A DNA stretch of 64,000 nt from positions 2,183 through 66,182 of the forward strand of contig CAZPJD010000061.1 in assembly GCA_964586775.1 (NCBI GenBank), written 5' to 3'. The notes under the pieces are model-generated. The model had not been told where the DNA came from and searched no databases. It saw only the letters and a list, made by a program, of their open reading frames with translations. How positions within the stretch are numbered: the first letter of the stretch is position 1; each line of letters begins with the position of its first letter. Source of the DNA: an uncultured bacterium. Its GTDB lineage: Bacteria > Lernaellota > Lernaellaia > JACKCT01. The translations under genes and the position numbers were made by a program. Shown here piece by piece: positions 48,002-58,281 of this stretch.

Positions 48002-50530
48002 ATGATGAAGTTTGCGGACAATGCGGATCTGCTGAACGCGCTATGCGAATTCATTCAGGCATTCGGCGGGACGCTGATCAACATTAAACGGTATCCCGAG
48101 GGCTCGACCATCGTGACGATGGCCCTCGATCGGTGCCGCCAGAACTCCGACCTGATCTTCGGGCAGGTCGAATCGTTCACCCTTACCGAGAGCGAGCGGC
48201 GCATTCTCGTCGACAACGAGCCGCTCGGCGAGAAAATCCAGGACCGGGCGTACATGCGCACCTTCGTCGATTCGATGATCGCGCGCGGTATCCGGTCGAT
48301 CACGTTTCGACGTGAGATGACGCCCGCGGAGCTTCTCGCGTTCCTCAAAGTCATGGGCGAAAAGCCCGAGGAACTGCGCCGGCGCGGGCCGCTCGACCTG
48401 CAGCTCAGCAGCGCCGACGTGGCGAATATCGTGATCGACGAAAAGGTTTTCGTCGCGCTCATCAAGGGTCAAACGGTCGCCGACATCGCCGATCTCGAAA
48501 AGCTCGAGGCGCTCGGCAAGGGCCAGCTCGACCCCTCGCAGGTCAAGGACGGGTTGTTTCTCAGCTATCTTCTGTCGAAAATCCCGGTTCAGTCGCTCAA
48601 CGTCTCCGAGGAGCGTATTGAGCAGCTCAAGGAAAAGATCGGTTACGCCAACGCGAAGAACTCCGACGACCTCGATTTCGCGCACATCGGATCGGCCATC
48701 GCGCAGTCGCTGGAGGAGTGGACCGGCGCCGACAAGGTTCCCGACGCGGGCACGCCGGAAGCGGACTCCAAGGACTCCCGACGCGCCCAGCGATACGCCG
48801 ACGAACAGGTCGATAAAATCGTTTCGAGTTTCGAGGAGATCAGCAATTCGATCCTGAATTTCAAACAGCCCGCGGTTCGCGCGAAGCTGCTCAACGACTT
48901 CTTACGTGTGGTGCTCGGTTTCAAAGAGATGACGCTCGCGAAGGTTCTGTCGTCTCGCCTCGCCGCGTCCGAGGACCTCGATCTCAAGGCGCAGATTCTT
49001 CAGAACCTGTCGCAGAAAAAGCGATCCGCGGTCATCGATCACCTGCTCCAGCGTTATCAACGCGTGTTCGACGGGCTTCGCGGCGAGGATTTTGCCGTCG
49101 ACCCCGACGAGGTGACCGAGAGCGAGGACGCGCTGAAAAAGATCTTTGTCCTCGCCAAGCGCACCGATCGCGCCGATCTCGCCGAAAAGGCCCAGCGGGC
49201 GATCGGCCTCGCGCGCGTTATCACCAAGGAGACCGCGAGCCCCGGCGGCATTCTCATTCTCAAAATGAAGCGGCTATTCAGCCGTCCGGCCGCCTTTCTC
49301 ACGCAGGACGACTTTCTCGACGATTTCGGCGAGTTCGCGAAGATCCTGTGCGAGACGAATCGCGTCGATCTCGTACGCAAAGTCCTCGAGCGCGTCGCGG
49401 CGAATTTCGCATCCGAAGAGCAGGACGCGCGGCTCGCCACGGTGCAGGCCTTCGTGCGCATCAATCAGGATCTGCTGGACCTGCGTCGCACCGATCTGGC
49501 GGGCGATGTCTACCTGCTGCTCGCCAAACAGATGAAGGTCGAAAAGGAAATGGTGGTGTTCGCGAGGATTCTCGCGTCGATCGTCGCCGATTTTCAAAAG
49601 GTGATGGCCGAAGGCGATTACGCCCTTGCGCACAACATCCTGCGTCTGCTCGGGCGGTCTCGCGACGAAGCCGAGGGTGTCGCCGCGCGCCAAATCTTTG
49701 AGCAGGCACTGGCCAAGCTGACCGCGGCAAATCTTTTGACCGACGCGATGTTCGACGCGATGGAGTCCGAGGACGAGCGCGAAAGCGAGACGGCGATCCG
49801 GCTGCTCATGAGCTTCCCCGCCGCCGACGTCATCCAGCGCGTGTTGACGCGACTCGCGGCCAGCGAAGATCGCCGCGTGCGCAAAAAGTGCCTCTCGTTC
49901 GTCACGCGTTACGGAGACAAGGCCCGCGATATCGTGACGACGCGTATTCGACCCGAGCACCCGTGGTATTTCAATCGTAACCTCATCACGCTTCTCGGCG
50001 ACGTCGGCGACGAAACCTCCGTCGCGGCGATCACGCCGTTCCTTCGTCACGAGGACGATCGGTTGCGCAAGGCCGCGATTGGCACGCTCACGCGCATCGG
50101 CGGACCGGAGGTCGGCCGCGTGCTGGCCGAGGCGTTCGACGATCAACCCATCGAGGTGCAGTCGGCGCTCGTCGGGCTATTCGGCAAGGAAAAAACCACT
50201 CACGCGGTGCCCCGATTCGTCGCGCGTCTTCGCGAAAAGACCTTTGCCGATACCAACGAGAGTCTGGCGATCGGTATGATCCACGCGCTCGGGGAGATCG
50301 GCGATCGTTCCGCCGTCGAAACGCTTCAGGGCTTTCTCAAGCGCGGTGGCCTGATGGGCATGTTCGCCAAGCAGAACGATTCCATCGTGGCCGCGTGCAT
50401 CGGCGCACTCGGCCGGCTGGGCGATGCGTCGATCAAGGATCAGCTCCGAAAATTCGTACACCACTCCAATCCCGACGTGGCCAAGGCCGCGCAACAGTCG
50501 ATTCGTCTGCTCGAGGATCAGGCGGGATAA
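48002..50530 (+). CDS. Large cytoplasmic HEAT-repeat protein (~840 aa) at the head of the glycan operon.
   Basis: No signal peptide. The C-terminal third has PBS/HEAT-like repeats (IRLLMSFPAADVIQRVLTRLAASEDRRVRKKCL, AAITPFLRHEDDRLRKAAIGTLTRIGGPEV). ATG at 48002 is preferred over TTG at 47969. Confidence 0.55.
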   Translation: MMKFADNADLLNALCEFIQAFGGTLINIKRYPEGSTIVTMALDRCRQNSDLIFGQVESFTLTESERRILVDNEPLGEKIQDRAYMRTFVDSMIARGIRSITFRREMTPAELLAFLKVMGEKPEELRRRGPLDLQLSSADVANIVIDEKVFVALIKGQTVADIADLEKLEALGKGQLDPSQVKDGLFLSYLLSKIPVQSLNVSEERIEQLKEKIGYANAKNSDDLDFAHIGSAIAQSLEEWTGADKVPDAGTPEADSKDSRRAQRYADEQVDKIVSSFEEISNSILNFKQPAVRAKLLNDFLRVVLGFKEMTLAKVLSSRLAASEDLDLKAQILQNLSQKKRSAVIDHLLQRYQRVFDGLRGEDFAVDPDEVTESEDALKKIFVLAKRTDRADLAEKAQRAIGLARVITKETASPGGILILKMKRLFSRPAAFLTQDDFLDDFGEFAKILCETNRVDLVRKVLERVAANFASEEQDARLATVQAFVRINQDLLDLRRTDLAGDVYLLLAKQMKVEKEMVVFARILASIVADFQKVMAEGDYALAHNILRLLGRSRDEAEGVAARQIFEQALAKLTAANLLTDAMFDAMESEDERESETAIRLLMSFPAADVIQRVLTRLAASEDRRVRKKCLSFVTRYGDKARDIVTTRIRPEHPWYFNRNLITLLGDVGDETSVAAITPFLRHEDDRLRKAAIGTLTRIGGPEVGRVLAEAFDDQPIEVQSALVGLFGKEKTTHAVPRFVARLREKTFADTNESLAIGMIHALGEIGDRSAVETLQGFLKRGGLMGMFAKQNDSIVAACIGALGRLGDASIKDQLRKFVHHSNPDVAKAAQQSIRLLEDQAG

Positions 50531-50535
50531 CCGTC

Positions 50536-51423
50536 ATGACGTTGTCCCTGGTCATCGCGTGTCGCGACGGCGGCGCGACGCTCGACGCGTGTTTGCGATC
50601 GGTCGCCGCGTCCACGACGCACCCGCTCGAAGTGATCGTCGCCGATGACGGGAGCGTGGATGACTCGGCCCGCATCGCTGAGAACGCGGGCGCGCGGGTG
50701 CTGCGTCTCGCGCGACGGGGCCGCGCGGCGGCTTTGAATTCCGGAATCGACGCCGCGACGGGTGACGTGATCATGTTCACCGACGCCGATTGCGTAGTAC
50801 CCGTCGGGTGGGCCGAGCGGCTCGAATCGTATCTCGCATCGGGATTCGACGGCGTGGGCGGCAACCTGCTGCCGTCCGCGTGGACCGCCGTCGAGATCGC
50901 GAAGATCCTGCGTTACCTGCACGAGTTCGAGGGCGACTTCGAGCTGACCGGCGACTACACGCGCTGGTGCCTGAACGGCAACAACATGGCGATCAAAAAG
51001 GCGGCGCTCGACGCCGTCGGCGGATTCGACGAGGGCTATCTGCACGGCGCCGATGCCGATCTGACGCGCCGCCTGCTGCGTGCCGGCTACCGTCTTCTGC
51101 GCACGCGGGATGTCACCACGACGCACCTCAAGATCGACAACCTCGCGAGCTTTCGGCGGACTTTTTACCTGCGTGGATCGGCCGTGCGTTTTTCGATGAC
51201 CGACCGCGCATTGGGCGTGCGGGACCTGCTTTCGATGCTGGTTTCACCGCTGCGGCGCGCTCTTGCCGACTATACCCGCGTCGCCGCGATGAAACGCATG
51301 TTTCCCGCGATCGAATGGAACGCCCTGCTCGCCGCGCCGATCGCGCACGCGCTGGCCGACTGGAGCGCCGCGCGCGGGCAGCGCGACTTTCATCGCCGCT
51401 TCCGCGCCGAGGGCATGCGATGA
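50536..51423 (+). CDS. Glycosyltransferase family 2.
   Basis: GT-A motifs LSLVIACRDGG, DDGSVDDS and DADCVV are present. It starts 6 nt after the HEAT gene. Confidence 0.8.
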   Translation: MTLSLVIACRDGGATLDACLRSVAASTTHPLEVIVADDGSVDDSARIAENAGARVLRLARRGRAAALNSGIDAATGDVIMFTDADCVVPVGWAERLESYLASGFDGVGGNLLPSAWTAVEIAKILRYLHEFEGDFELTGDYTRWCLNGNNMAIKKAALDAVGGFDEGYLHGADADLTRRLLRAGYRLLRTRDVTTTHLKIDNLASFRRTFYLRGSAVRFSMTDRALGVRDLLSMLVSPLRRALADYTRVAAMKRMFPAIEWNALLAAPIAHALADWSAARGQRDFHRRFRAEGMR

Positions 51424-52865
51424 GCCTCGGGCGACGCGCGGTGCGTCAGACGCTCTGGGTCGCCGGGGGAACCTACCTCAAGACCGGCGTCAACTTCCTC
51501 GCGAACATTCTTCTCATGCGTCTCATCGCGCCGGATCAGTTCGGCATCCTCGCGATGGCGATGTTCTTTCTGACGCTCGGGCGCAAGCTCGTGGGATTCG
51601 GGTTCAATCACGCGCTCGTCCATCAACAGGAGGACCTGGATCGCCACGTCCCCACGCATCTGTGGCTTAACGTCGGGCTCGGCGGTGTGGTCGCCGCGGC
51701 GGCCGTGATTGCGCGGCCCATCGTCGCCGCCAGTTACGACGCGGCCACCGCGAACGCGCTTCTGGCGCTGGCGATCTTTGGCCTGCTCGAAAACATCGGG
51801 CACACGCCGCGTTTGTTGCTCGAAAAGGAGCTGAGGTTCGATCGTCTGATTCGTCTCGACCTCGTCAACACGGTGCTCTCGAACCTCGTGGGCATCGTCT
51901 GCGCGCTCGCGGGCTGGGGGTGGACGGCGCTCGCGGCCAAGCAGATCGCGGCTTGGGCAATTCAGACCGCCGGTACTTGGCGATTACATCCGACGCTACC
52001 CGGTTGGCGACCGTGCCTGCGGTCGGCCAGGTGGTACTGGGGGTTCGGTCTGCCGATGTGGTCGGCGGGGATCGCGACGTTCATCTCGCTTCAATTCGAC
52101 GACTTTCTTGTCGGCAGTTTTTCGGGAAACGAGGCGCTCGGCTTCTACGGCCGCGCATACGCCCTCGCCAGCTTCCCCACGGTGATGGTCACGCACATCG
52201 TCGGACGCGTGGCGTTTCCGCTCTACGCGAGCGTTCAGAATGACCGCGAAGCGCTCTCGAACGCGTTCGCGCGGGTGGTGCGCGTCATCATCACACTCAC
52301 CGCTCCGGGTGTGTTGTGGCTCGCCATCTGCGCGCCGGAGCTGGTTTCGCTCGTCTTCGGGCCGAACTGGACGGGGATGATCGTCATCCTCCAACTCCTC
52401 GTGGTCTACGCGTTTCTGCGCCCCGTCTACGACAACTGCGGAGAGCTCTTCACGGCGGTCGGCCAGCCCAAAATCGCCAGCCGCATATTGATTGCGCAGG
52501 CCGTGGCCGTGCTGATCGCGTGCCCGCCCATGACGTGGGCCTTCGGCGCCAAGGGCGCGGCGATCGCGGTGGGGGTGTCTCTCGCGGTCGGCGTCGTCCG
52601 CGCATACCAGATCGTTCCAAGGTATGTTAACTTTTCCGCGACCCGGGCATTCGGTCCCGCGACCGTCGCGGCCATGGTGGGCGTCGCGGTCGCGCTGTTC
52701 GCGGCGCGTATTCTCGGCGACGCCGGCCCGGTGGCGGTCCTCGCGATGAAGACCGTCGTGTTCGTGATCGCCGACATCCTGGTTTTGTTCGCAATGGAGG
52801 GACGTCAACTGCGCGAAGACTGGCGCGAGTTTCGGGCCGCGATGACCGGCGGAGAATCGCCTTGA
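51420..52865 (+). CDS. wzx: Wzx-type oligosaccharide flippase (MOP superfamily).
   Basis: About 12-14 TM helices with a polysaccharide-biosynthesis-protein N-terminal pattern. ATGA overlap with the GT2 stop. Confidence 0.75.
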   Translation: MSLGRRAVRQTLWVAGGTYLKTGVNFLANILLMRLIAPDQFGILAMAMFFLTLGRKLVGFGFNHALVHQQEDLDRHVPTHLWLNVGLGGVVAAAAVIARPIVAASYDAATANALLALAIFGLLENIGHTPRLLLEKELRFDRLIRLDLVNTVLSNLVGIVCALAGWGWTALAAKQIAAWAIQTAGTWRLHPTLPGWRPCLRSARWYWGFGLPMWSAGIATFISLQFDDFLVGSFSGNEALGFYGRAYALASFPTVMVTHIVGRVAFPLYASVQNDREALSNAFARVVRVIITLTAPGVLWLAICAPELVSLVFGPNWTGMIVILQLLVVYAFLRPVYDNCGELFTAVGQPKIASRILIAQAVAVLIACPPMTWAFGAKGAAIAVGVSLAVGVVRAYQIVPRYVNFSATRAFGPATVAAMVGVAVALFAARILGDAGPVAVLAMKTVVFVIADILVLFAMEGRQLREDWREFRAAMTGGESP

Positions 52866-53443
52866 GAGTGCTTGACGTCGGGTGCGGGCCGAACAAGGAG
52901 CCGGGGGCGTTCGGGGTCGATCACGAGCCCTTTGCGGGCGTCGATCTGGTGCACAATCTCGACGCGCGGCCGTGGCCGATCGCGGATTCCAGCTTCGATC
53001 GCGTGAACGCGAGCCATATCGTCGAGCATGTGGACGATCTGATCGGCTTTTTCCGCGAACTGCACCGCGTCTGCGCTCCCGGCGCCGAAATCCGCATCGT
53101 GACGCCTCACTTCACCAATCGCTGCGCCTATCTCGATCCCACGCACCGCCGGTACCTGTCGGTGCGCTTCGTCGATTTTTTCGCCGATGTTCCGCCATGG
53201 TATCCCGCGAACCGGTTTGCCGTCGCCCGCAGTTATCTCGGCGAGCACCACCACAGTTACCGGCCGCTGCTCCCGGGAATGTTCGATCTGTGCGAGGTCC
53301 GCATGACCTTTGCCCGGGTATTCCGTTGGCTCGGCGTGGAGTGGCTCGCGAATCGCAAGCCGGATTTCTACGAGTTCTTTCTGGCGTATCTCGCCCCCGC
53401 CCGGGATATCATCGCGACGCTGCGCGTGCGGAAGGAGTCGTGA
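52862..53443 (+). CDS. Small class I SAM-dependent methyltransferase.
   Basis: Motif I is VLDVGCGPN. TTG start overlapping the wzx stop (TTGA). Confidence 0.7.
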   Translation: MRVLDVGCGPNKEPGAFGVDHEPFAGVDLVHNLDARPWPIADSSFDRVNASHIVEHVDDLIGFFRELHRVCAPGAEIRIVTPHFTNRCAYLDPTHRRYLSVRFVDFFADVPPWYPANRFAVARSYLGEHHHSYRPLLPGMFDLCEVRMTFARVFRWLGVEWLANRKPDFYEFFLAYLAPARDIIATLRVRKES

Positions 53444-53444
53444 C

Positions 53445-54479
53445 TTGAGCGAGCGCCGCGTCACCAAGGGCAAAGTGAAGGTGTTTTCCAACACCACGGA
53501 GCCCGGCGTGGTCGGTCAGATCAAACGCATCGCCGACTGGCGGCATCGCGAGCCCATCGAGCTTGCTGGGACGGTCGCGCGAAAGGTGTGGCGACGCGGC
53601 GACAGGTTCCGGATGCTGCCGTTCCCGCAGGCGGTGCACATCGAGATCACGAACCGCTGCAATCTGAAGTGCGTGATGTGTCCTCATCCCACGATGTCAC
53701 GCACGCAGGGTCAGATGAGCGAAGAACTGTTCCGCAAGATCGTCGACGAGATTTCCGGGCACCGGCTGCTGCTCGAAAACGTCGCGATCATGGGCCTCGG
53801 CGAGCCGATGCTGCACACCGACTTCGAACGGCTGGTGACGATCGCCGCCGAGGCCGGCGTGCCGAATCTTTACGTCAGCACCAACGGCACCGCGCTCACC
53901 GAAAAGCGCGCGCAGCGGCTGGTGGAGGATGGCGCATTGGGCCGCCTCATCATCAGCCTCGACGGCGCGACGAAGGAGACGTACGAGGCGGTGCGTATCG
54001 GCGGCAAGTTCGACCTCGTCATGGAAAACACCGTGCGCGTCCTGCGCATCAAGCGCGCGATGGGGCGGCGCAAGCCCGTTGTGACGCTGCAAATCCTGAC
54101 CATGCCGCAAACGCGCCACGAAATCGACGACTTTGTGAACCGGTGGGAGCCGGAACTCGGCGAAGGGGATGAGATTCTCATCAAGGAGGTCGACACCTTC
54201 GGCGGCCTCGTCGACGACCTACGTCTCGATGCCGAACGGGAACCCGTTCAGCGCATCCCCTGCCGCATGCTGTGGAAGGACATGTCGATCGCGTGGGATG
54301 GTCAGGTGACCGTCTGCTGCAAAGACGTGTACTACCAACTCACCGCGGGCAACGCGAATACGCAGTCGCTCGCCGAAATCTGGAACGCGCCCAAGTGGAA
54401 TGCGTATCGCCGTCTTCACATGACCGGCGAATGGGATCGCATCCATCCCTGCGACATCTGCCGCGAATGGTACGTGTGA
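53445..54479 (+). CDS. Radical SAM enzyme with a C-terminal SPASM/twitch-like Cys cluster.
   Basis: The CxxxCxxC motif CNLKCVMC is preceded by a ~65-aa N-terminal extension. The C-terminus reads CRMLW...VTVCCKD...HPCDICREW. TTG start after AAGGAG. Confidence 0.8.
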   Translation: MSERRVTKGKVKVFSNTTEPGVVGQIKRIADWRHREPIELAGTVARKVWRRGDRFRMLPFPQAVHIEITNRCNLKCVMCPHPTMSRTQGQMSEELFRKIVDEISGHRLLLENVAIMGLGEPMLHTDFERLVTIAAEAGVPNLYVSTNGTALTEKRAQRLVEDGALGRLIISLDGATKETYEAVRIGGKFDLVMENTVRVLRIKRAMGRRKPVVTLQILTMPQTRHEIDDFVNRWEPELGEGDEILIKEVDTFGGLVDDLRLDAEREPVQRIPCRMLWKDMSIAWDGQVTVCCKDVYYQLTAGNANTQSLAEIWNAPKWNAYRRLHMTGEWDRIHPCDICREWYV

Positions 54480-55684
54480 GCGCCCAATTCGGCCATATCG
54501 TCTTCGTCACCGACGCGTTCTGGCCCGAAGTCGGCGGCGTCGAGCGCGTGAGTCTCGAACTCGCCCGCGCGTTCGTGCGTCGCGGTTTGCGGTTGACGGT
54601 CATCGCCCGCCGCGCGAGCGGGCGTCCGGATGACGAAGAGATCGACGGAATTCGAATCGTGCGTTTCGCTCCGGCAACAAGCCCGACGCCATGGGTGTGG
54701 GCGACCGGCGCCATTTCGGCGGCGAGGCGATTCCTCGACGTCGCGCGGCGCGATCGTCCGGATCTCGTGCACATGCATCTCGCGATGTCGGCGCAGGGGC
54801 CGCTGTCGGTTCTGCGACCGCGCGGGATTCCGCTCATCGCGTCCTTCTATGGTCGGTGGGATCGGGAGTTCGAAGCGGAGATCGACGACGTGCCAACGCC
54901 GCCGTGGCGGATGATCTATCACGACGCGCAGATGGCGGCGCAACGGGCAATGCAGCGACGACTGCTGACGCGCGCCGATCGCGTGGTCGCGCTCTCCGAA
55001 TTCAGCCGCCGGCAAGCCATTTCGCTCGCCCCCGGCATCGGCCACAAGCTTCGCAGGATTCCCGGCGGAATCGATCCTTTGTGTTTTTCGCTCACCGATA
55101 TGGCCCGTGGCGTTGCGCGGCCGACGACCATCGTGACGGTGCGCAGGCTCGTTCGCCGGATGGGGGTCGATCTCCTGATCGCCGCCCTGCCCGCCATCTC
55201 GCGGGAGTGTCCTGATGTGCGCCTTGTGATCGGCGGGCGTGGTCCACTGGAGGGCACGCTCCGCGAATTTGCGCGCGAGACCGGCGTCGCCGACCGAGTC
55301 GAGTTTCGCGGTTTCGTGACCGACGACGATCTACCCGCGCTCTACCGCGAGGCGGATCTTTTCGTCGTGCCCACGCGTGCGCAGGAAAACTTCGGCCTGC
55401 CCGTTCTGGAGGCCGCCGCGTGCGGCGTCGATGTCCTCGCGACGCGCGTCGGGTCTCTGCCCGAGGTCGTCGCGCTCGCGGGCGGCGAAAACGCGTGCGT
55501 CGAACCCGCCGCCGACGCCATCGCCGCGGGGGCGATTCGCGCTCTACAGCGTTCGCGCGATGATGCGTCGATCGAGCGGCGACTTCGCGAGTCGGAGCGC
55601 GTCCGTCGCGATCTGTCGTGGGACGCCGTCGCCGATTGCCACCTCGATCTGTACCGGGAGGCGCGATCGTGCGCGTGGCGGTGA
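54467..55684 (+). CDS. Glycosyltransferase family 4.
   Basis: GT-B with the EX7E region FGLPVLEAAACGVDVLATRVGSLPEVV. The start is ATG at 54467 or GTG at 54476; both overlap the radical-SAM gene end. Confidence 0.75.
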   Translation: MVRVSAQFGHIVFVTDAFWPEVGGVERVSLELARAFVRRGLRLTVIARRASGRPDDEEIDGIRIVRFAPATSPTPWVWATGAISAARRFLDVARRDRPDLVHMHLAMSAQGPLSVLRPRGIPLIASFYGRWDREFEAEIDDVPTPPWRMIYHDAQMAAQRAMQRRLLTRADRVVALSEFSRRQAISLAPGIGHKLRRIPGGIDPLCFSLTDMARGVARPTTIVTVRRLVRRMGVDLLIAALPAISRECPDVRLVIGGRGPLEGTLREFARETGVADRVEFRGFVTDDDLPALYREADLFVVPTRAQENFGLPVLEAAACGVDVLATRVGSLPEVVALAGGENACVEPAADAIAAGAIRALQRSRDDASIERRLRESERVRRDLSWDAVADCHLDLYREARSCAWR

Positions 55685-56787
55685 TCGGCCACACCTACGT
55701 GGTGGACGCGAATCGCGGCAAATGGCGCGCGCTCGCGCCGCGTTGCGAGGCGCTGCGCCTTTTCGCGCCGTCGGTCTGGCCGGAACGGGACTTTTGGACG
55801 CGCGAATGCGAACCGGCCGGGGACCTCGACGTGGTTGCGCTGCCGGCCCGGGACGCCGGGCACGCACGTCGTTGGCGATTTTCGTTCGTTAAACTGCGAG
55901 GAGAACTCTTGGCGTTTCGTCCCGACGTCTTGCACGTCGAGGCCGAGGCGGGCTCGGCGATCGCGCTGGAGGCGGCTTGGCTCTGCCGGTCCGCTCTTTT
56001 TACGCAGTTCGTGTGGGAGAATATCCCCATCGATTCCCCGTGGCGTCGAGCGCTCGCGAAATGGAACTACGCGAGAATCGATCATCTGTTTGGCGGTTCC
56101 AACGGCGCGCTGTCAGCCGCCCGTGCGGACGGATATTGCGGTGCGGCGACCGTCGTGCCGCAGGTGGGCGTCGACGTCGCCTCCGTGGATCGCACGAACG
56201 CCACCCGCGTCTTCAACGACGATCGTTTCGTCGTCGGCTTCGTCGGGCGGATGGACGCCAAGAAGGGCGTCCATGTACTGCTTGACGCGATAAGAATACT
56301 GGACGGCCAGCGCATCGGATTGGTGTTCGTCGGCGACGGGCCAGAACGCGGTATCCTTCGCGAGCGCGCGTCACGGGATGAATTGTCGGGCCAAGTGCGG
56401 TTCGTCGATCCCGTCCCGCACGATACTGTCGCGTCGTACATCAAGGGCTTCGACCTTCTCGTGTTGCCGAGTGTTTCGACGCCCGGTTGGCGCGAGCAAT
56501 TCGGGCACGTGTTGATCGAGGCGATGGCGTGCGGCGTGCCGGTGATTGGCTCGCGATGCGGAGCGATCCCCGAGGTGATCGGCGACGCGGGCGTGGTGGT
56601 GGACGAAAACGATGCGACGGCATTGGCGCGGGAAATCGCGCGTTTGATCGGCGACGCGGATGGGCGTAACAAATACGTGCTGGCAGGGCGACGTCGCGTG
56701 GAGAGCCTGTACACGGACGAAGCGGTTGCCGACGCCCTGCGTTGCGTGTGGACTTCGCTCGCGAAAGAGTCAAAACGGGATCGGTGA
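55669..56787 (+). CDS. Glycosyltransferase family 4.
   Basis: GTG is preceded by GGGAGG. Contains the EX7E-type region FGHVLIEAMACGVPVIGSRCGAIPEVI. Overlaps the upstream gene by 16 nt. Confidence 0.75.
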   Translation: MRVAVIGHTYVVDANRGKWRALAPRCEALRLFAPSVWPERDFWTRECEPAGDLDVVALPARDAGHARRWRFSFVKLRGELLAFRPDVLHVEAEAGSAIALEAAWLCRSALFTQFVWENIPIDSPWRRALAKWNYARIDHLFGGSNGALSAARADGYCGAATVVPQVGVDVASVDRTNATRVFNDDRFVVGFVGRMDAKKGVHVLLDAIRILDGQRIGLVFVGDGPERGILRERASRDELSGQVRFVDPVPHDTVASYIKGFDLLVLPSVSTPGWREQFGHVLIEAMACGVPVIGSRCGAIPEVIGDAGVVVDENDATALAREIARLIGDADGRNKYVLAGRRRVESLYTDEAVADALRCVWTSLAKESKRDR

Positions 56788-56796
56788 GTCGGCACC

Positions 56797-58281
56797 ATGA
56801 CCGAAACCACTCTCGATTCGCTGATTCGCAAGATCCAGACGCACCGCAACGCGCGCGATGTGGCCGCGGGTTTTGCGGCGTTGCTCGTGTGCTGGGCGGT
56901 GGGTCAGTCGGTGGCGCAACAGGATCTCGCCCTTCCGATCGGGCTGGCCGGCGCCGCCATCTTTGTCCTCGTCTTTTTTCGCCGCGCGTCTCTCCTGCTC
57001 CTCGCGCCGGCGGCGATGTGCGTTCCGAATATGGGCCTCGATATCCCTGGGCCGTGGGCGATCTCCATCGAAGACGCGTTCGTGATGCTGTGCTTCGCGG
57101 CGCTCGTCGCGCGCGGGATCGTCCTCGGTCGTCCGGTTTTTCCACGCGGCCTTCCGGGCATGCGCCCCATGTTCGCCTTTTGGGGCATCGCGATGCTCTC
57201 GCTCGTCAAGACGGCGACGATCTCGCGATCGAGCCTGATGCTCGTGATGAAGGACCTGATGCGCCTTTCGCTGCTCATGCTCTTCTTCGCCGTCATGGTC
57301 GATGCGATCCGCACCAAGGCGCATCTGCGAACGATCACACGCGTGCTGATCGCGCTCGCCGTGCCCATGGCTGCGGTCTCCTGGTACATCTACCTGACGA
57401 GGAGCGACTTTTTCTACACGATCCTGACGATGAAGCCCGCGTACATCTACTACAAGGGCAACATCCTGCGCATGATCTCGATCGCGGGATCGACCAGCTT
57501 CACGGGGCTTTACTACGCCGTCATCCTCGCGCTCGCGCTGAATCATCTGCCGTTCTTCCGCAACACCACCACCCGCGCCTGGGGCTACGCCATCGCCGGC
57601 CTGCTCCTCTCGTGCCTCGCGATGACCTTCAATCGCGGCACGTGGGTCGGCGTGCTCTTCGGGTATTTCCTGCTCTCGCTGGTCGGGCAACTCAATTGGC
57701 GTCGCGTGGTGGTGGCCGCGATGCTGCTCGGCGGCCTCGCGCTCATCACGAGCGCGCATTTCTTCCACCAGCTCGAGGTCGAGAACAAGCTCAACGTGCT
57801 GGTCGAGGTTTCCCGATCCTCGGGCACGACGCGCCTCGTGCGCTGGATGTCGTCGATCAACGTCATCCTCGATCAGCCGCTGCTCGGCGTCGGCTACAAC
57901 AACTACGCCTACGTTTACGGTCTGTATTCCATCGAGGAAGGCATCACGCGTCTCTACGGGTCGCCGCACAACATGTACGTCGATATCGTCACCGGCACGG
58001 GCCTCGTAGGTTTTACGGTGTTCGCGACGTGGATGTACCGGCTGTGGCGAATCCACGTCGAAAACCTGCGTGGAACGATCGACCCCGAGATGAAAATGCT
58101 CGCGGTCGGCCTTTTCCTCGCGTTCGGCATCTTTCTTGGAGCATCGGGATTCGACTCGTTCTTTTTCAAACCGCATCACACCTCGTTCATCCTGATGCTC
58201 CTCTGGGCGATGAGCACGGCTTTGTGGCGGCTAAATCGCGACGAAGACCGCAACCAAGCACGCGGCGAGGCGAAGTCGTGA
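56797..58281 (+). CDS. O-antigen ligase/polymerase family membrane protein (Wzy_C/WaaL-type).
   Basis: About 11-12 TM helices with a large periplasmic loop near the C-terminal third (the RLYGSPHNMYVDIVTGTG region, typical of Wzy_C). Confidence 0.7.
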   Translation: MTETTLDSLIRKIQTHRNARDVAAGFAALLVCWAVGQSVAQQDLALPIGLAGAAIFVLVFFRRASLLLLAPAAMCVPNMGLDIPGPWAISIEDAFVMLCFAALVARGIVLGRPVFPRGLPGMRPMFAFWGIAMLSLVKTATISRSSLMLVMKDLMRLSLLMLFFAVMVDAIRTKAHLRTITRVLIALAVPMAAVSWYIYLTRSDFFYTILTMKPAYIYYKGNILRMISIAGSTSFTGLYYAVILALALNHLPFFRNTTTRAWGYAIAGLLLSCLAMTFNRGTWVGVLFGYFLLSLVGQLNWRRVVVAAMLLGGLALITSAHFFHQLEVENKLNVLVEVSRSSGTTRLVRWMSSINVILDQPLLGVGYNNYAYVYGLYSIEEGITRLYGSPHNMYVDIVTGTGLVGFTVFATWMYRLWRIHVENLRGTIDPEMKMLAVGLFLAFGIFLGASGFDSFFFKPHHTSFILMLLWAMSTALWRLNRDEDRNQARGEAKS

